From positions 1,651,227 to 1,708,364 of the forward strand of contig CP070761.1 in NCBI GenBank assembly GCA_020348985.1: a DNA stretch of 57,138 bases, written 5' to 3'. Position numbers and translations under genes: made by a program. Each line of letters opens with the position of its first letter. Within the stretch, counting starts at the first letter, position 1. Positions 17,331 through 26,744 of this stretch are shown piece by piece. Source of the stretch: Candidatus Thorarchaeota archaeon (GTDB taxonomy: Archaea > Asgardarchaeota > Thorarchaeia > Thorarchaeales > Thorarchaeaceae). The notes under the pieces were generated by a model. The model was not told the origin of the DNA. It worked only from the letters and a program-made list of their open reading frames with translations, and ran no database searches.

Positions 17331-17756
17331 TTATTCCACTTTGACCCTGTATCCCAGAGCATCCTTTGGTTCGATTGGTTTCAAAACAACCTCAAGGACT
17401 CCATTGTTGAAGGCAGCCTTTGTCTTTGAGGGGTCGAATCTCCTCGAAAACGAGTAGCTACGTCTGTACTTCCTGTTTTCACTCTCTGCCTTGACTACCA
17501 CATCGTTCTCAGTAACTGAAATGTCAATATCACTCCTGTCTACACCAGGCATCTCAAGAATGATTGTTGTCGTTCCTGTTTTTTCATCAGTGTTTATTTC
17601 CGAGAGCGGGGTGCGAAATCCCTCTTCAAAGCCACGCGCCCAATCCCAAGGATATCTCACCATTGATCTGAATACTCTTTCTATGTCTGATAGACCAAAT
17701 GAATCGAAAGGGGCCCGTCTTTCTGCAATATCTCTTCGCTCATCATCATCATTCAT
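17331..17756 (-). CDS. Small heat-shock protein (Hsp20/alpha-crystallin)
   Basis: EMPGVDRSDIDISV...KAAFNNGVLEV...GYRVKVE. Confidence 0.92.
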   Translation of the reverse strand: MNDDDERRDIAERRAPFDSFGLSDIERVFRSMVRYPWDWARGFEEGFRTPLSEINTDEKTGTTTIILEMPGVDRSDIDISVTENDVVVKAESENRKYRRSYSFSRRFDPSKTKAAFNNGVLEVVLKPIEPKDALGYRVKVE

Positions 17757-17778
17757 CGATGTTCTCTCTCCAGAATCT

Positions 17779-18492
17779 CTACTGTCTCAAGAGCCGCTTC
17801 AGACGCAATCTCTCGCTTGCGTTCAGGTTCTTGTATCCATCAAGGTTTTCAACATCATCCGCATCAATCCTTTTTGCCACACATCTCGGATGATGCCATC
17901 TACAAAAGATGCTCCCTTCACTGAAGATTGGTTCACCGATTCGGAATCTGCTTTTTAGGATTACATCTTTGCAGGAATAGCACTTTGTCTTCCCTGACCT
18001 GGCAGTTTCAACTCTCCATGATGGGTGCTGTCGTGTATCATCTTTCCCGAGTCGTGCCAAGAACATCTCCGGATCATCACCAATCAACTCTCGTGTCATA
18101 ATAAGAGCAAAGGAGTCATACTCAGTGGGCTCGTACCAAACCTCCACATCTCTCGATTCTAGAACTCTCTTCCTCGATGTGAATGGAGGCCAATGATTCG
18201 TCCCTTGCATGTACTCAAGAACTTGCCTAGCAAGTATAGTGCATGTTTGTTTCTTTGTTAGCTCCACTATGCCTGTTTCATCAACTATGCCAAAAGAAGA
18301 CCTTACGTACGTTCTCTCATCATCAATACTCTCTCGACTCTTCACCACGATGATTGCACCAACAGGAGCATGCTTCTTGACTCGCTTGAAGTTCAACGAA
18401 TCCACATCAATCCAATACGCCCACTCGGTTTCTATCTTAACCCAAACCGGTCCATGTCGATTGGGTTCCGATATTGCCCCAGATTGCATCAT
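17779..18492 (-). CDS. Protein with C-terminal PARP-type zinc finger (paralogue 2)
   Basis: VETARSGKTKCYSC...RFRIG...RWHHPRC; N-terminal WAYW domain shared with paralogue 1. Start uncertain (18492 or 18507). Confidence 0.85.
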   Translation of the reverse strand: MMQSGAISEPNRHGPVWVKIETEWAYWIDVDSLNFKRVKKHAPVGAIIVVKSRESIDDERTYVRSSFGIVDETGIVELTKKQTCTILARQVLEYMQGTNHWPPFTSRKRVLESRDVEVWYEPTEYDSFALIMTRELIGDDPEMFLARLGKDDTRQHPSWRVETARSGKTKCYSCKDVILKSRFRIGEPIFSEGSIFCRWHHPRCVAKRIDADDVENLDGYKNLNASERLRLKRLLRQ

Positions 18493-18530
18493 GTTTGCTT
18501 TCAACATGTTAATCGCCCGCATTACACATA

Positions 18531-18583
18531 CTGTAAACGATTGTATACAATATGTCATCAGATTGTTATAAACTTGTCTACAA
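18531..18583. promoter_or_regulatory. Phased TTGTATACAA-like box array over the zf-PARP promoter
   Basis: Boxes at 18531, 18541 (perfect), 18552, 18563 and 18574, spaced 10-11 bp; overlaps a minus-strand TTTATAA. Confidence 0.65.
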
Positions 18584-18666
18584 AAATGATCAATCCGGAG
18601 ACTTACGCTATCATGACCTTGCTACAGTCTGATTCTCGAATTGACCGTTCATTTGACACGTCGAAT

Positions 18667-19239
18667 CTAGGTCGCAACCGTCCTTGTTTTCTTCCTATCC
18701 CATCCTAGTTTCTTCGCTCTCTTGAAGGCAGAGCTCGCCTCGTCGTATCTGCCCAGAATCCATAGAACGAGTCTATGCTGGTTCCACGTCTCAGGATCGT
18801 CTGGTTTCTCTTTCAACTGAGCTGAAAGCTGCTTCTCCATTCTCTCGTATCTCTCAATCTCTCTTGTGTTTACGACCTGAGCAGCGCGTAGAACTCCGCT
18901 TATGAACTCGCCCGATCGTATGAGTGCATAGGACTGAAACTCTACTGGGGTGTCTTTCAGAAACATGTTGATTGTAGCACTAGGTGTATCTTTTTCTCGT
19001 CTAAGATCACCCGCTAGGAGCCGACGTTCATAATCACTGCGCATGAAATTGAGAAGCTCGCCCAGATGAATTGTCACTGGATCATTGTCGCCGAGGCTCT
19101 TTGTTGCTTCCTGCCACTCAAAGTAGACAACCTCGGTGCCGATTGTGTATAGCACATTTGGCGTGAGTTTCAGTTTCTTCAGGTCATTGAGGAGCGTCTT
19201 CACAGTGTATGCGTCTCTAATAGGAAGTCTTCGTCCCAT
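18667..19239 (-). CDS. Hypothetical protein with C-terminal TPR motif
   Basis: PDDPETWNQHRLVLWILGRYDEASSAFKRA is a TPR-like repeat. Confidence 0.8.
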   Translation of the reverse strand: MGRRLPIRDAYTVKTLLNDLKKLKLTPNVLYTIGTEVVYFEWQEATKSLGDNDPVTIHLGELLNFMRSDYERRLLAGDLRREKDTPSATINMFLKDTPVEFQSYALIRSGEFISGVLRAAQVVNTREIERYERMEKQLSAQLKEKPDDPETWNQHRLVLWILGRYDEASSAFKRAKKLGWDRKKTRTVAT

Positions 19240-19490
19240 ATTTCTCCCTCTATGCTACTATTCTTCTTTGAACGGGTCATAGGCAACATGAACTACCTGC
19301 CACAATTTTATCTCTCGTTTCTCTCATGATGGTCAAGATGGAAACGTATTGCCTCTCTCACAAAGGACGGGAATCCTTTCCAAGAGTCTTTCTTCTCTAG
19401 ACTCTCAAAACGTTTTCTGAGTTCACGAGGTACTCTCATCATAATATCTTCAGTCACAAGATCAGCTTCCTAGTTCAATGAACAGGGTTT

Positions 19491-19543
19491 GCGTATACAA
19501 GAATAGACATATTTATATACATTTCGATTACAATTGTATACAA
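19491..19543. promoter_or_regulatory. Phased TTGTATACAA-like box array upstream of the AbrB-like gene
   Basis: Boxes at 19491, 19513, 19524 and 19534 (perfect); contains TTTATATA; 19508-19534 closely matches 23160-23186. Confidence 0.65.
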
Positions 19544-19600
19544 TAGTTCTGAAGATTTGGAAATTTCAAGTCTCAGAGCTGAACGCGAGGTGAAGGTCGA

Positions 19601-19960
19601 ATGCCTTTGAGATTCCTAACTAGATTGACGAAAGGTGCGGGTCGCTACCACATGTTCTACGTGCCAAAGTATGTGAAGGAGTTTTATGGTCTCAAATCCG
19701 GAAGCTACAAGGGTGGAGTAACCCTAAAGAATGGCAATACAGCCAGTTATAGGATTCAGCTATCAACGTATAGGAATACCTTACGTGGTCGTGTTCCAGA
19801 ATCAGCCGGGCCTTCGAAGAGCATTGTTGAGATCTGGATGTACGCACACACTTGGATTCCACCTGTCAACAGACAATTTCAATATGAGGCCAAAGCGCCA
19901 GAATGGTCCATGCAGGCCACTGGATATCCTAGGCCACTTACCAGCAGTCATGGATCATAA
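19601..19960 (+). CDS. Small basic protein, AbrB/MazE-like swapped-hairpin pattern
   Basis: HMFYVPKYVKEFYGLKSG resembles the AbrB pattern I[PT]xxxRxxLGLxxG; SD-like GAGGTGA upstream. Confidence 0.55.
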   Translation: MPLRFLTRLTKGAGRYHMFYVPKYVKEFYGLKSGSYKGGVTLKNGNTASYRIQLSTYRNTLRGRVPESAGPSKSIVEIWMYAHTWIPPVNRQFQYEAKAPEWSMQATGYPRPLTSSHGS

Positions 19961-20214
19961 TGAATGACTGCATTAAGTTGACTTGGAGCAGGCAAAACAT
20001 TAGAGAAAGGGATTGCTTGTCCTGCTACTAGAGGATCAGTACAATCACCCGAATGACAAGAAATCCTATGATACCTGTTGAACGATCCCAGCTGTGGATA
20101 TGCATCAATGTGCTAGGAACCTCCAAGATAATGGAGCTTGATGCCAGAGGGAGTCCCATTCTAGAATGAAGTTGTAGTCTCGTGAATGCACGCATGAGTT
20201 GAGGATACGAAACC

Positions 20215-21263
20215 TTGCGTGATGAGCCGCTGGGGAGCCCTACCAAGGGCTCTCATATATCATCTGATGAAACTGAAGGCGTGGAGGAGATATCCGCGAT
20301 GCTTTCGATGATTGATTTCAGTACAATTCACATGAAAGTCCATGACAAGATTTCTATCGACGATTGTGTTCTACCACAAGATTCTGCGTTGACAAGGTCG
20401 GTCCATCTTGCGGGACTTCAAGATAGACAATCGATTGAGCAGATTGGCAGGCAGTTTGGTATTCACCCACTCCTTGTTGAAGACATCCTCAATCCTAGAC
20501 ACCGTCCCAAGTTAGATGCTGAGTCCGATCAATTCTGTCTGATTCTTCGAGAGTTCAGATTGATCCCATCACTGCAAATGGAGTCTGAACAGGTTAGTAT
20601 TGTTGTAGGTTCTGGATTCGTCCTATCATTTCAAGAAAGCAATGTTGATCTGTTCTCTGACATTAAACTAAGACTATCAAATCCAAAGAGCAGGGTGAGA
20701 AGAAGCAAGTCTGACTTCTTGGGTTATTTGTTGATTGATGCCTTGATTGACCGTTACTTAACCATAATGGACGCATTTGATGACAGGATTCAGACACTTG
20801 AGGACACGTCAGAATCATGGGACAGGATGACCCTAAACGAAATCTACAGGCTAAGATATCTGATGGAATCCTGCAGAGAACTGTCCGCCCTCTCCGAGAG
20901 GCCATTTCGAGACTTGTACGAAGCGAGTCTGAAGTTGTCATTGAAACGTCTCGTCCCTACCTAAGAAATCTCTATGACCATCTTCTTCAGATCGGAGAAA
21001 TGGCAGAAGCATACTTAGATAATCTGTCCAACATGCTAGAGATTCATCTTTTGCGGCTTGATACAAAGACGAACGAAACCGTCAAGATTGTTACAGTTGT
21101 TTCAACGATTCTAATGCCAGTTACATTCATTACAAGCATTTTTGGGATGAACTTCGAAAGTATGCCTTTTCAGTTAGAGTATGGATATCCACTGGTTGTC
21201 ATATCAATGACCGTAGTTGGCTTTTTTCTCATCCACTACTTCCGAAGAAAGCAATGGATTTGA
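20215..21263 (+). pseudogene. corA: Mg/Co transporter CorA, frameshifted
   Basis: IHPLLVEDILNPRHRPKL and EQVS...LSFQE in one frame; RPLRE...YLRNLYDH...FGMNF in another; shift near 20855. The N-terminus also looks degenerate. Confidence 0.85.
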
Positions 21264-21397
21264 GCCGTTCTCCCAAAGACCACATCATTCAATTCCCACT
21301 TCTTTGGCCTCAATTCTATGAACTCTTTGGGTCAAGGGAATTCATAGTCATGATATGGTAGGCAGATGAATCTCAGGGGAAAGGACTTGGCTCGAAA

Positions 21398-22906
21398 TCA
21401 CTCTAGGCCTTCCAAATTTTCTTCGTTGATTCTTTCCGTGCTACGAGTGCGACGTCGTCTTTTGGACAGTGGCAAATGAAAAGTCTGTCTGAGGCCATCG
21501 ACAGTCGAAAGGGTCTTCACATTACGTCGAGTCTCAGCGATAATGGCTTCAACCACCACCCTTTCTTCAACTTCTCCTATCTCATTCACCAATGCTAGTC
21601 TATGAAGTGCAAAGACCCCAATTATGACAGATAACAAGAAGACAAAATCCAGCCCCTGAATGTGATATGTGTGAATGACTGTCACACCGCCTGGATCCAC
21701 CCAAGTGAACGAAAAATACAGCTCACGTGATGCAAAGAAATCAGCAAGCAATCCACCTATGACCGATGCAACTCCACCAGCCGCGGCATTGATTGTTCCC
21801 CTTGCAGCCAAATACGAATGCGCCTCTCCTCTTGGGGCAATCTTTAGATCGATGTTACTCCCAGCCAGGTTTACGCCGGCTGAAGCAAACCCTGTCATTA
21901 CATGAATTATGATGAGTAGTGGCAAGAGCAGTGAGACTGATTCTGCAACACTGCTGAAGGTCCACAGAAGCGTTCCTATTATGTAGATTGGAACAGTGAC
22001 TTGAAGGATGGATTTATTGCTGAATCGATCTGAGAGCCGACCCCAAAACCGAAGAAAGATGATGCTTGTCATCTGTGTCAAAGCGACGAAGGCCGCTGCA
22101 ATCTGGAGGCCAAACCCTAGTCGCACGAGAAGGTATACGCTGAAGAATGGTGCAGCAAGATTAGCACTCAGAACCCAGACAAGCGAAAACCACATCACGT
22201 TTCTGAAATTGCCATCCTTGAATGGTTTTGCTACCAATTCTAGGAAGGCTGGCTTCTTATCATAAAAAAAGAGCAAGGGTTCCGGAGTTCTTGAAGTGAA
22301 GTATACTGCTATCATACCTGAAATGAACGCTATAAAGAAGAGAATCGAGTACGCGCGTGCAAGGTCGGCCGGACTCCAGCTTAACCACAGTGCCACAAGA
22401 ACACCCCCTCCTAGAGAGGTGGCAACAGAAACCGCACCCATAATCGACATTCTTCTAGAGAAGAAAGCCCCTAGCTGATGTTGAGGGACCAGGTCTCGCA
22501 ACCAAGAATTCCAACTCGACGTTCCAAGGGACGTGAAGATTGCTTGAATGCTGACAGAGAGAAGAAGCAGTATTAGGCCTTGCGTTGTCATTGATATATA
22601 CGGTATCAGCACCATAATGAGAACTGCTAGCCTGTTCCCTAGCTGAGTTATGAAGTTCAGTTTCTTTCTACTTCCAAATCTGTGGATCAGATAGATTGAA
22701 GGTATCTGAAGAAACTGGGCAAGGAATGGAATAGCTGCGAAAATTCCAATGACCGAATTTGACGCTCCAAGCAGCAGTGCAAATCCAACCAGAAAGACAC
22801 TCTCGGTAAGTGAGAGTCTCACTTGAGCGGTGATGCCCTGCAGTATTACTCTCTGCTGGGCGACGGCGACTTCGTCGTCGGTCAAATGACCTTTAATCTG
22901 AGACAT
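21398..22906 (-). CDS. MFS transporter
   Basis: About 12 TM segments; FWGRLSDRFSNK MFS loop motif. Confidence 0.9.
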   Translation of the reverse strand: MSQIKGHLTDDEVAVAQQRVILQGITAQVRLSLTESVFLVGFALLLGASNSVIGIFAAIPFLAQFLQIPSIYLIHRFGSRKKLNFITQLGNRLAVLIMVLIPYISMTTQGLILLLLSVSIQAIFTSLGTSSWNSWLRDLVPQHQLGAFFSRRMSIMGAVSVATSLGGGVLVALWLSWSPADLARAYSILFFIAFISGMIAVYFTSRTPEPLLFFYDKKPAFLELVAKPFKDGNFRNVMWFSLVWVLSANLAAPFFSVYLLVRLGFGLQIAAAFVALTQMTSIIFLRFWGRLSDRFSNKSILQVTVPIYIIGTLLWTFSSVAESVSLLLPLLIIIHVMTGFASAGVNLAGSNIDLKIAPRGEAHSYLAARGTINAAAGGVASVIGGLLADFFASRELYFSFTWVDPGGVTVIHTYHIQGLDFVFLLSVIIGVFALHRLALVNEIGEVEERVVVEAIIAETRRNVKTLSTVDGLRQTFHLPLSKRRRRTRSTERINEENLEGLE

Positions 22907-22931
22907 CAGTCTACCCGCTGAGAAGTAGGAT

Positions 22932-23111
22932 TCAATTCCGGTCAGTCATTGTGGCCTGTTCGATTCTTTCCCTTTCCTCATACTCATCCAAGTGAGAACG
23001 AATTGCTTCTCGAACGAATGAGGGAAACCCCTTCCATGAGTCCTTCTTGGCAAGGTTTTCGTAACGGGTCTTGAGATCCCGCGGCACTCTAATCATGATG
23101 TCATCTGACAT
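22932..23111 (-). CDS. Ribbon-helix-helix (CopG/Arc-like) DNA-binding protein
   Basis: MSDDIMIRVPRDLKTRYENLA...FPSFVREAIRSHL. Confidence 0.8.
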   Translation of the reverse strand: MSDDIMIRVPRDLKTRYENLAKKDSWKGFPSFVREAIRSHLDEYEERERIEQATMTDRN

Positions 23112-23142
23112 AGCAAACGCCACACTGATGGTCCGAACATGC

Positions 23143-23239
23143 CTGTATACATATGGCAGCATCTTTATATACATTCAGTTTACAATGTGTATGCCAAGAA
23201 GCTACAAATCTATACAATGGGTATACCAAATGTATACTC
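23143..23239. promoter_or_regulatory. Array of about 8 degenerate NNGTATACNN boxes with ~11-bp period upstream of the RHH gene
   Basis: Boxes begin at 23143, 23165, 23176, 23187, 23198, 23208, 23219 and 23230. Confidence 0.7.
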
Positions 23240-23425
23240 GTCCAAACAGATTGAGCTGATTGGCGTTTGTGGGGAGCTAATGCTCTCCCATGTGCTTGTG
23301 AAAACACAGAGGACAGGAAGGTCTCCACCGAGATCATCCGTGTCCTCACTATGCTGGATACATAATCATCTTGCACATCTTATATCGTGCCTGCAAGCTG
23401 AGTCCAGTCCAAACACCATCGAAAA

Positions 23426-23911
23426 ATGAAGCGAATGCAATCGAAGACAGCTGTGAAGTCAGGCAAAGGCGACTCCACAAAGTCCGCTACAAAGAACCAA
23501 CGAAAGAAAGAGCGCAGGAGAATGATGCTCGACCAGCTCTCAAAGACCTCAAGGAGAAGCTCCAACGATAGTAGAGCCGGAGCCGGGTCAAAGAAGAAGC
23601 AGGGTGGCGGCGGGAAACCTAAGAAGAAGCGGAAGTAGATGCAAGATGAGAATCCAACAGGTATACCATCACCACCTAGTTTGAAAATGACGCAAAAGAC
23701 AGTCAGTCCTCGAAGGACACGAGAAAATGTGAGTGTCCAAGAACGGCCCGGGATCAAGAGAAAGAAATCACGAAAGCGAAACACCAAAGCTGAGCCCATT
23801 CGAGTGATGTCTTCTGAGCTGGTATTTGAATATACTATGATTGCCATTCCAATCTTTATTCTTGTCAGCCTGCTTTTCATTCTGGCTTTGATGGGTGGGT
23901 TTAGGATTTAG
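23426..23911 (+). pseudogene. Lys/Arg-rich ORF pair with C-terminal TM, split by an in-frame TAG (possibly one decayed gene)
   Basis: 23426-23638 and 23639-23911 are in the same frame, separated only by TAG. Confidence 0.35.
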
Positions 23912-24040
23912 GACTCACGAGGTTCCCTTGGTCTGGATGTCCATCTTGGCATTCTCCTTCCGGAATCTTTCTGTAAACCGATTTATTGCAGAAGTGCGAT
24001 ACACAAATATGTCCCAAACTCAGACCTTCGTATCTCTATT

Positions 24041-24541
24041 ATGACACCTGACGAATCAGCTCCTCCCGATGTTGGTGATCTAGCACCTGATTTCGCATTG
24101 CCATCTACTCAGGGGGAGACAGTCCAGCTGTTGTCTTTGAGAGAATGTCCTGTTATCTTGTTCTTCCTTACTGACACCTTTACTTTCTTCTCACGTGGTT
24201 TTTCCAAGATTTTCGAAGCACTACACGAATCTCTAAGCATGATGGAAGTCAGGGTCGTCGGTGTATCCACCGAACCAGTGGAAACTCTTTGTACATTCTC
24301 TGATGATCAGCATATCCCCTACACGCTACTCAGCGACTTTGACCGTCATGTTTCACGTGCATATGGCACACTAACAGATAGAATCGCTGGTTTGACCATG
24401 GTAACCCGTGCGGGTATCTTTGTCATCGACACGAAGGGGAGAATCGCGTACAGATGGATTTATGATGAAGAGGGTCCGGTTCCAGATGCCGACCAGATAG
24501 TTGAACTAGTTTCAAAGCTCCAGAGCGAAACAAGCAGCTAG
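24041..24541 (+). CDS. Peroxiredoxin/BCP-family protein lacking the peroxidatic Cys
   Basis: VGDLAPDFAL, VVGVS, LLSD...YG and R.IFVID..G.I; the PxxxTxxC site reads TDTFTFFS. Confidence 0.85.
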   Translation: MTPDESAPPDVGDLAPDFALPSTQGETVQLLSLRECPVILFFLTDTFTFFSRGFSKIFEALHESLSMMEVRVVGVSTEPVETLCTFSDDQHIPYTLLSDFDRHVSRAYGTLTDRIAGLTMVTRAGIFVIDTKGRIAYRWIYDEEGPVPDADQIVELVSKLQSETSS

Positions 24542-25647
24542 ACACCGCCAAGCTGCAGTATGCTGAAGACAGCAATCTGAGCGAAAACATAACACAATAT
24601 AAGTAAAACCCCCTCTCTCCTTGTAACACGCCAGTCCACTTTGATAACAAAGTAGAACAGTGTTGAGATTGCGAGAGAAAGTCCCATCAGCAGTCCCGCC
24701 GTGAGCATGTCTATTGAGACGGATACAGCCAAAACGCCGATACCCAATCCCAGTGTAATGTTGATTATGTTGCTTCCAATCACGTTTCCAATGAGTAGCC
24801 TGCCAAATCCCTTGCGGGCACTGTTAACAGAAACCATGATTTCCGGCAGAGATGTACCCAAGGCAACTACTGTAAGTCCAATCAACCCCTCATTTACTCC
24901 CCAAAAGAGACTAAGGTGTGTTGCTCCTTGGATCACGAATTGCGCTCCTACAACCACTCCCAAACATGAGAGAATGACGATCATGCTATCACGATACGGT
25001 CGAACGAGTTGCTTTTGCTGTGCTGATTCGTCATGTTCTTCTTCATGATTGGAATCAACCACCTTTGATTTGGTGGCATGGGATTTACGTGCGAGTCCTT
25101 GAAGCGTTGTTAGGAACCGCAACCTAATCAGATAGTCTACGAAGACTTCGAACTGATAGCATGTTTCACATTCATCTCGGTTATCATAAAGAAATAGAAC
25201 GTACGCGACAAACAAAAGCAGCAATACGACACCCTCGTAGGCAACAATCTGTGCTGGTGTGACTGGATCAAACATCGAGAACCCCAAGAAGAGGAGAATA
25301 AAGATCATGACCTTGGAATCTCGACCAAGAAGTGCTGCGTTTGACGCGAGAGGCGCAAGCACTGCGCTAAGACCAATAACCAAAGTCAGGTTTGCTATGT
25401 AACTCCCTAGGACATTACCAAAGGCCAAATATGCACTGCCTGCCACAACCGCTAGAGAGCTCGAGACTATCTCCGGAAGCGAAGTCCCAACGGCAACAAG
25501 TGTAAGACCTATGAAGAGCTCGGATATGCCTGCAGATCTTGCTAGTTTGGATGCTGTCTCTACAAAGTATTCGGAACCTTGACTAAGCATGATAAGGCCA
25601 AGGGCTAGGAGCCCGACATTGAAGATTGCTGCCAAGGACTGCAACAA
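24538..25647 (-). CDS. Calcium/sodium antiporter (CaCA, YrbG-like)
   Basis: Two GTSLPE repeats, each followed by GNV.GS. Confidence 0.93.
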   Translation of the reverse strand: MLQSLAAIFNVGLLALGLIMLSQGSEYFVETASKLARSAGISELFIGLTLVAVGTSLPEIVSSSLAVVAGSAYLAFGNVLGSYIANLTLVIGLSAVLAPLASNAALLGRDSKVMIFILLFLGFSMFDPVTPAQIVAYEGVVLLLLFVAYVLFLYDNRDECETCYQFEVFVDYLIRLRFLTTLQGLARKSHATKSKVVDSNHEEEHDESAQQKQLVRPYRDSMIVILSCLGVVVGAQFVIQGATHLSLFWGVNEGLIGLTVVALGTSLPEIMVSVNSARKGFGRLLIGNVIGSNIINITLGLGIGVLAVSVSIDMLTAGLLMGLSLAISTLFYFVIKVDWRVTRREGVLLILCYVFAQIAVFSILQLGGV

Positions 25648-25753
25648 GACTCACCATCGGAAAACGCTGTATCACTGCATTCTATCATGAATCTATCCTT
25701 TTCTATTAGGTCTGAATCTCGTCTCAAAATCAGTCATCGACATAATGCTATCA

Positions 25754-25811
25754 GTAGTAGGACTACGGGTAATAACTCCGCCGCCACTATTAGACAACCT
25801 TTCGTTTTCCA
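25754..25811 (+). repeat. 16S trailer repeat copy 6 (highly decayed)
   Basis: GTAGTAGGACTACGGGTAATAACTCCGCCGCCACTATTAGACAACCTTTCG aligns without gaps from position 149 onward; differences are mostly transitions. Confidence 0.7.
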
Positions 25812-25945
25812 ACTTCACATATTGACAAAACAACAATGAATTCTTGAGATTCGTGCCATTGTGAATTTGGACAATCCTGAGAATGAATTGATACTGGAGG
25901 GTTTTTATTGCAGTGCACACTCGAGTCATGGAGTGAGGGGCAGAA

Positions 25946-26710
25946 ATGACCATACAATCCGACACAAGAGATGAATTTGCCGCTGACGCTATCGAGGACA
26001 CCAGAATAGCTCAAGGAATGCAGGCAATGAGTATTGTCCGTTCTCGACGTTCTATTCGACATTTCACAGGTCAAAAAATACCTGATAATCACATTGAATT
26101 CATCCTGGAAGCTGCTCGACACGCCCCAAGTCCTGAGAACATGCTGAGTATACGGCTCATTGTAATCAGAGATGATCAAGAGACAAAGGAGTTCTTGGCA
26201 GGCATCGCTCAGGAGAACGCACAGAAAGTATTCGGGTCAGCGCCCTTCGAGCTCACGAGCGGCCGGAATTGGTACATTGAAGATCAATTCAGAGCTGCTG
26301 TCTATTCTCGACTCCGTGATGGCGAGCTGTTCAGGTATCCTGAGAAGAGTGACACTGTAATCATAGTCTGTGCAAGTGATGCATGGAATGATGCGACAAA
26401 GTTGTATCCAAATGAGCTGTTTGGCTCCGTCACTGCAGGCATGGCTGTCCAAAACATGTGGATGGTAGCCTCTGCAATGGGCTATGGATGTGGGTACGAG
26501 GCTCTGGTTTGTTCTGACCCTAGGATTACAATGCTCATTCGCGACAGGCTCGGGATTCCTCCGACCTGGACCCCGCTTACAGCGTTTTGTATTGGTGTGC
26601 CTAGTAGGGCCAGACAGCTAGGACCAAGCAGACCGCCACTTGAAGGGCTGCTTTATGATGAGCGTTGGGGAAAACCATACAAGAGACTCGCCTTTAGGAG
26701 AAAGGAGTAG
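25946..26710 (+). CDS. Nitroreductase family protein
   Basis: SRRSIRHF, ARHAPSPEN and MAVQNMWMVASAMGYG. Confidence 0.9.
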   Translation: MTIQSDTRDEFAADAIEDTRIAQGMQAMSIVRSRRSIRHFTGQKIPDNHIEFILEAARHAPSPENMLSIRLIVIRDDQETKEFLAGIAQENAQKVFGSAPFELTSGRNWYIEDQFRAAVYSRLRDGELFRYPEKSDTVIIVCASDAWNDATKLYPNELFGSVTAGMAVQNMWMVASAMGYGCGYEALVCSDPRITMLIRDRLGIPPTWTPLTAFCIGVPSRARQLGPSRPPLEGLLYDERWGKPYKRLAFRRKE

Positions 26711-26744
26711 GCCCCTCTTTGTAAGTTAATGAGAGGTACTTGAA

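Noticed and set aside
19273-19305. GGGTCATAGGCAA...CTGCCACA resembling the variant trailer
   Set aside because: It lacks the conserved GAGCACCCTTT end, and the similarity is short.
114-25811. Trailer repeats as a CRISPR array or IS/MITE
   Set aside because: Spacing is kilobases and irregular, there are no cas or transposase genes, no terminal inverted repeats or target duplications are visible, and all copies are co-oriented with the 16S.
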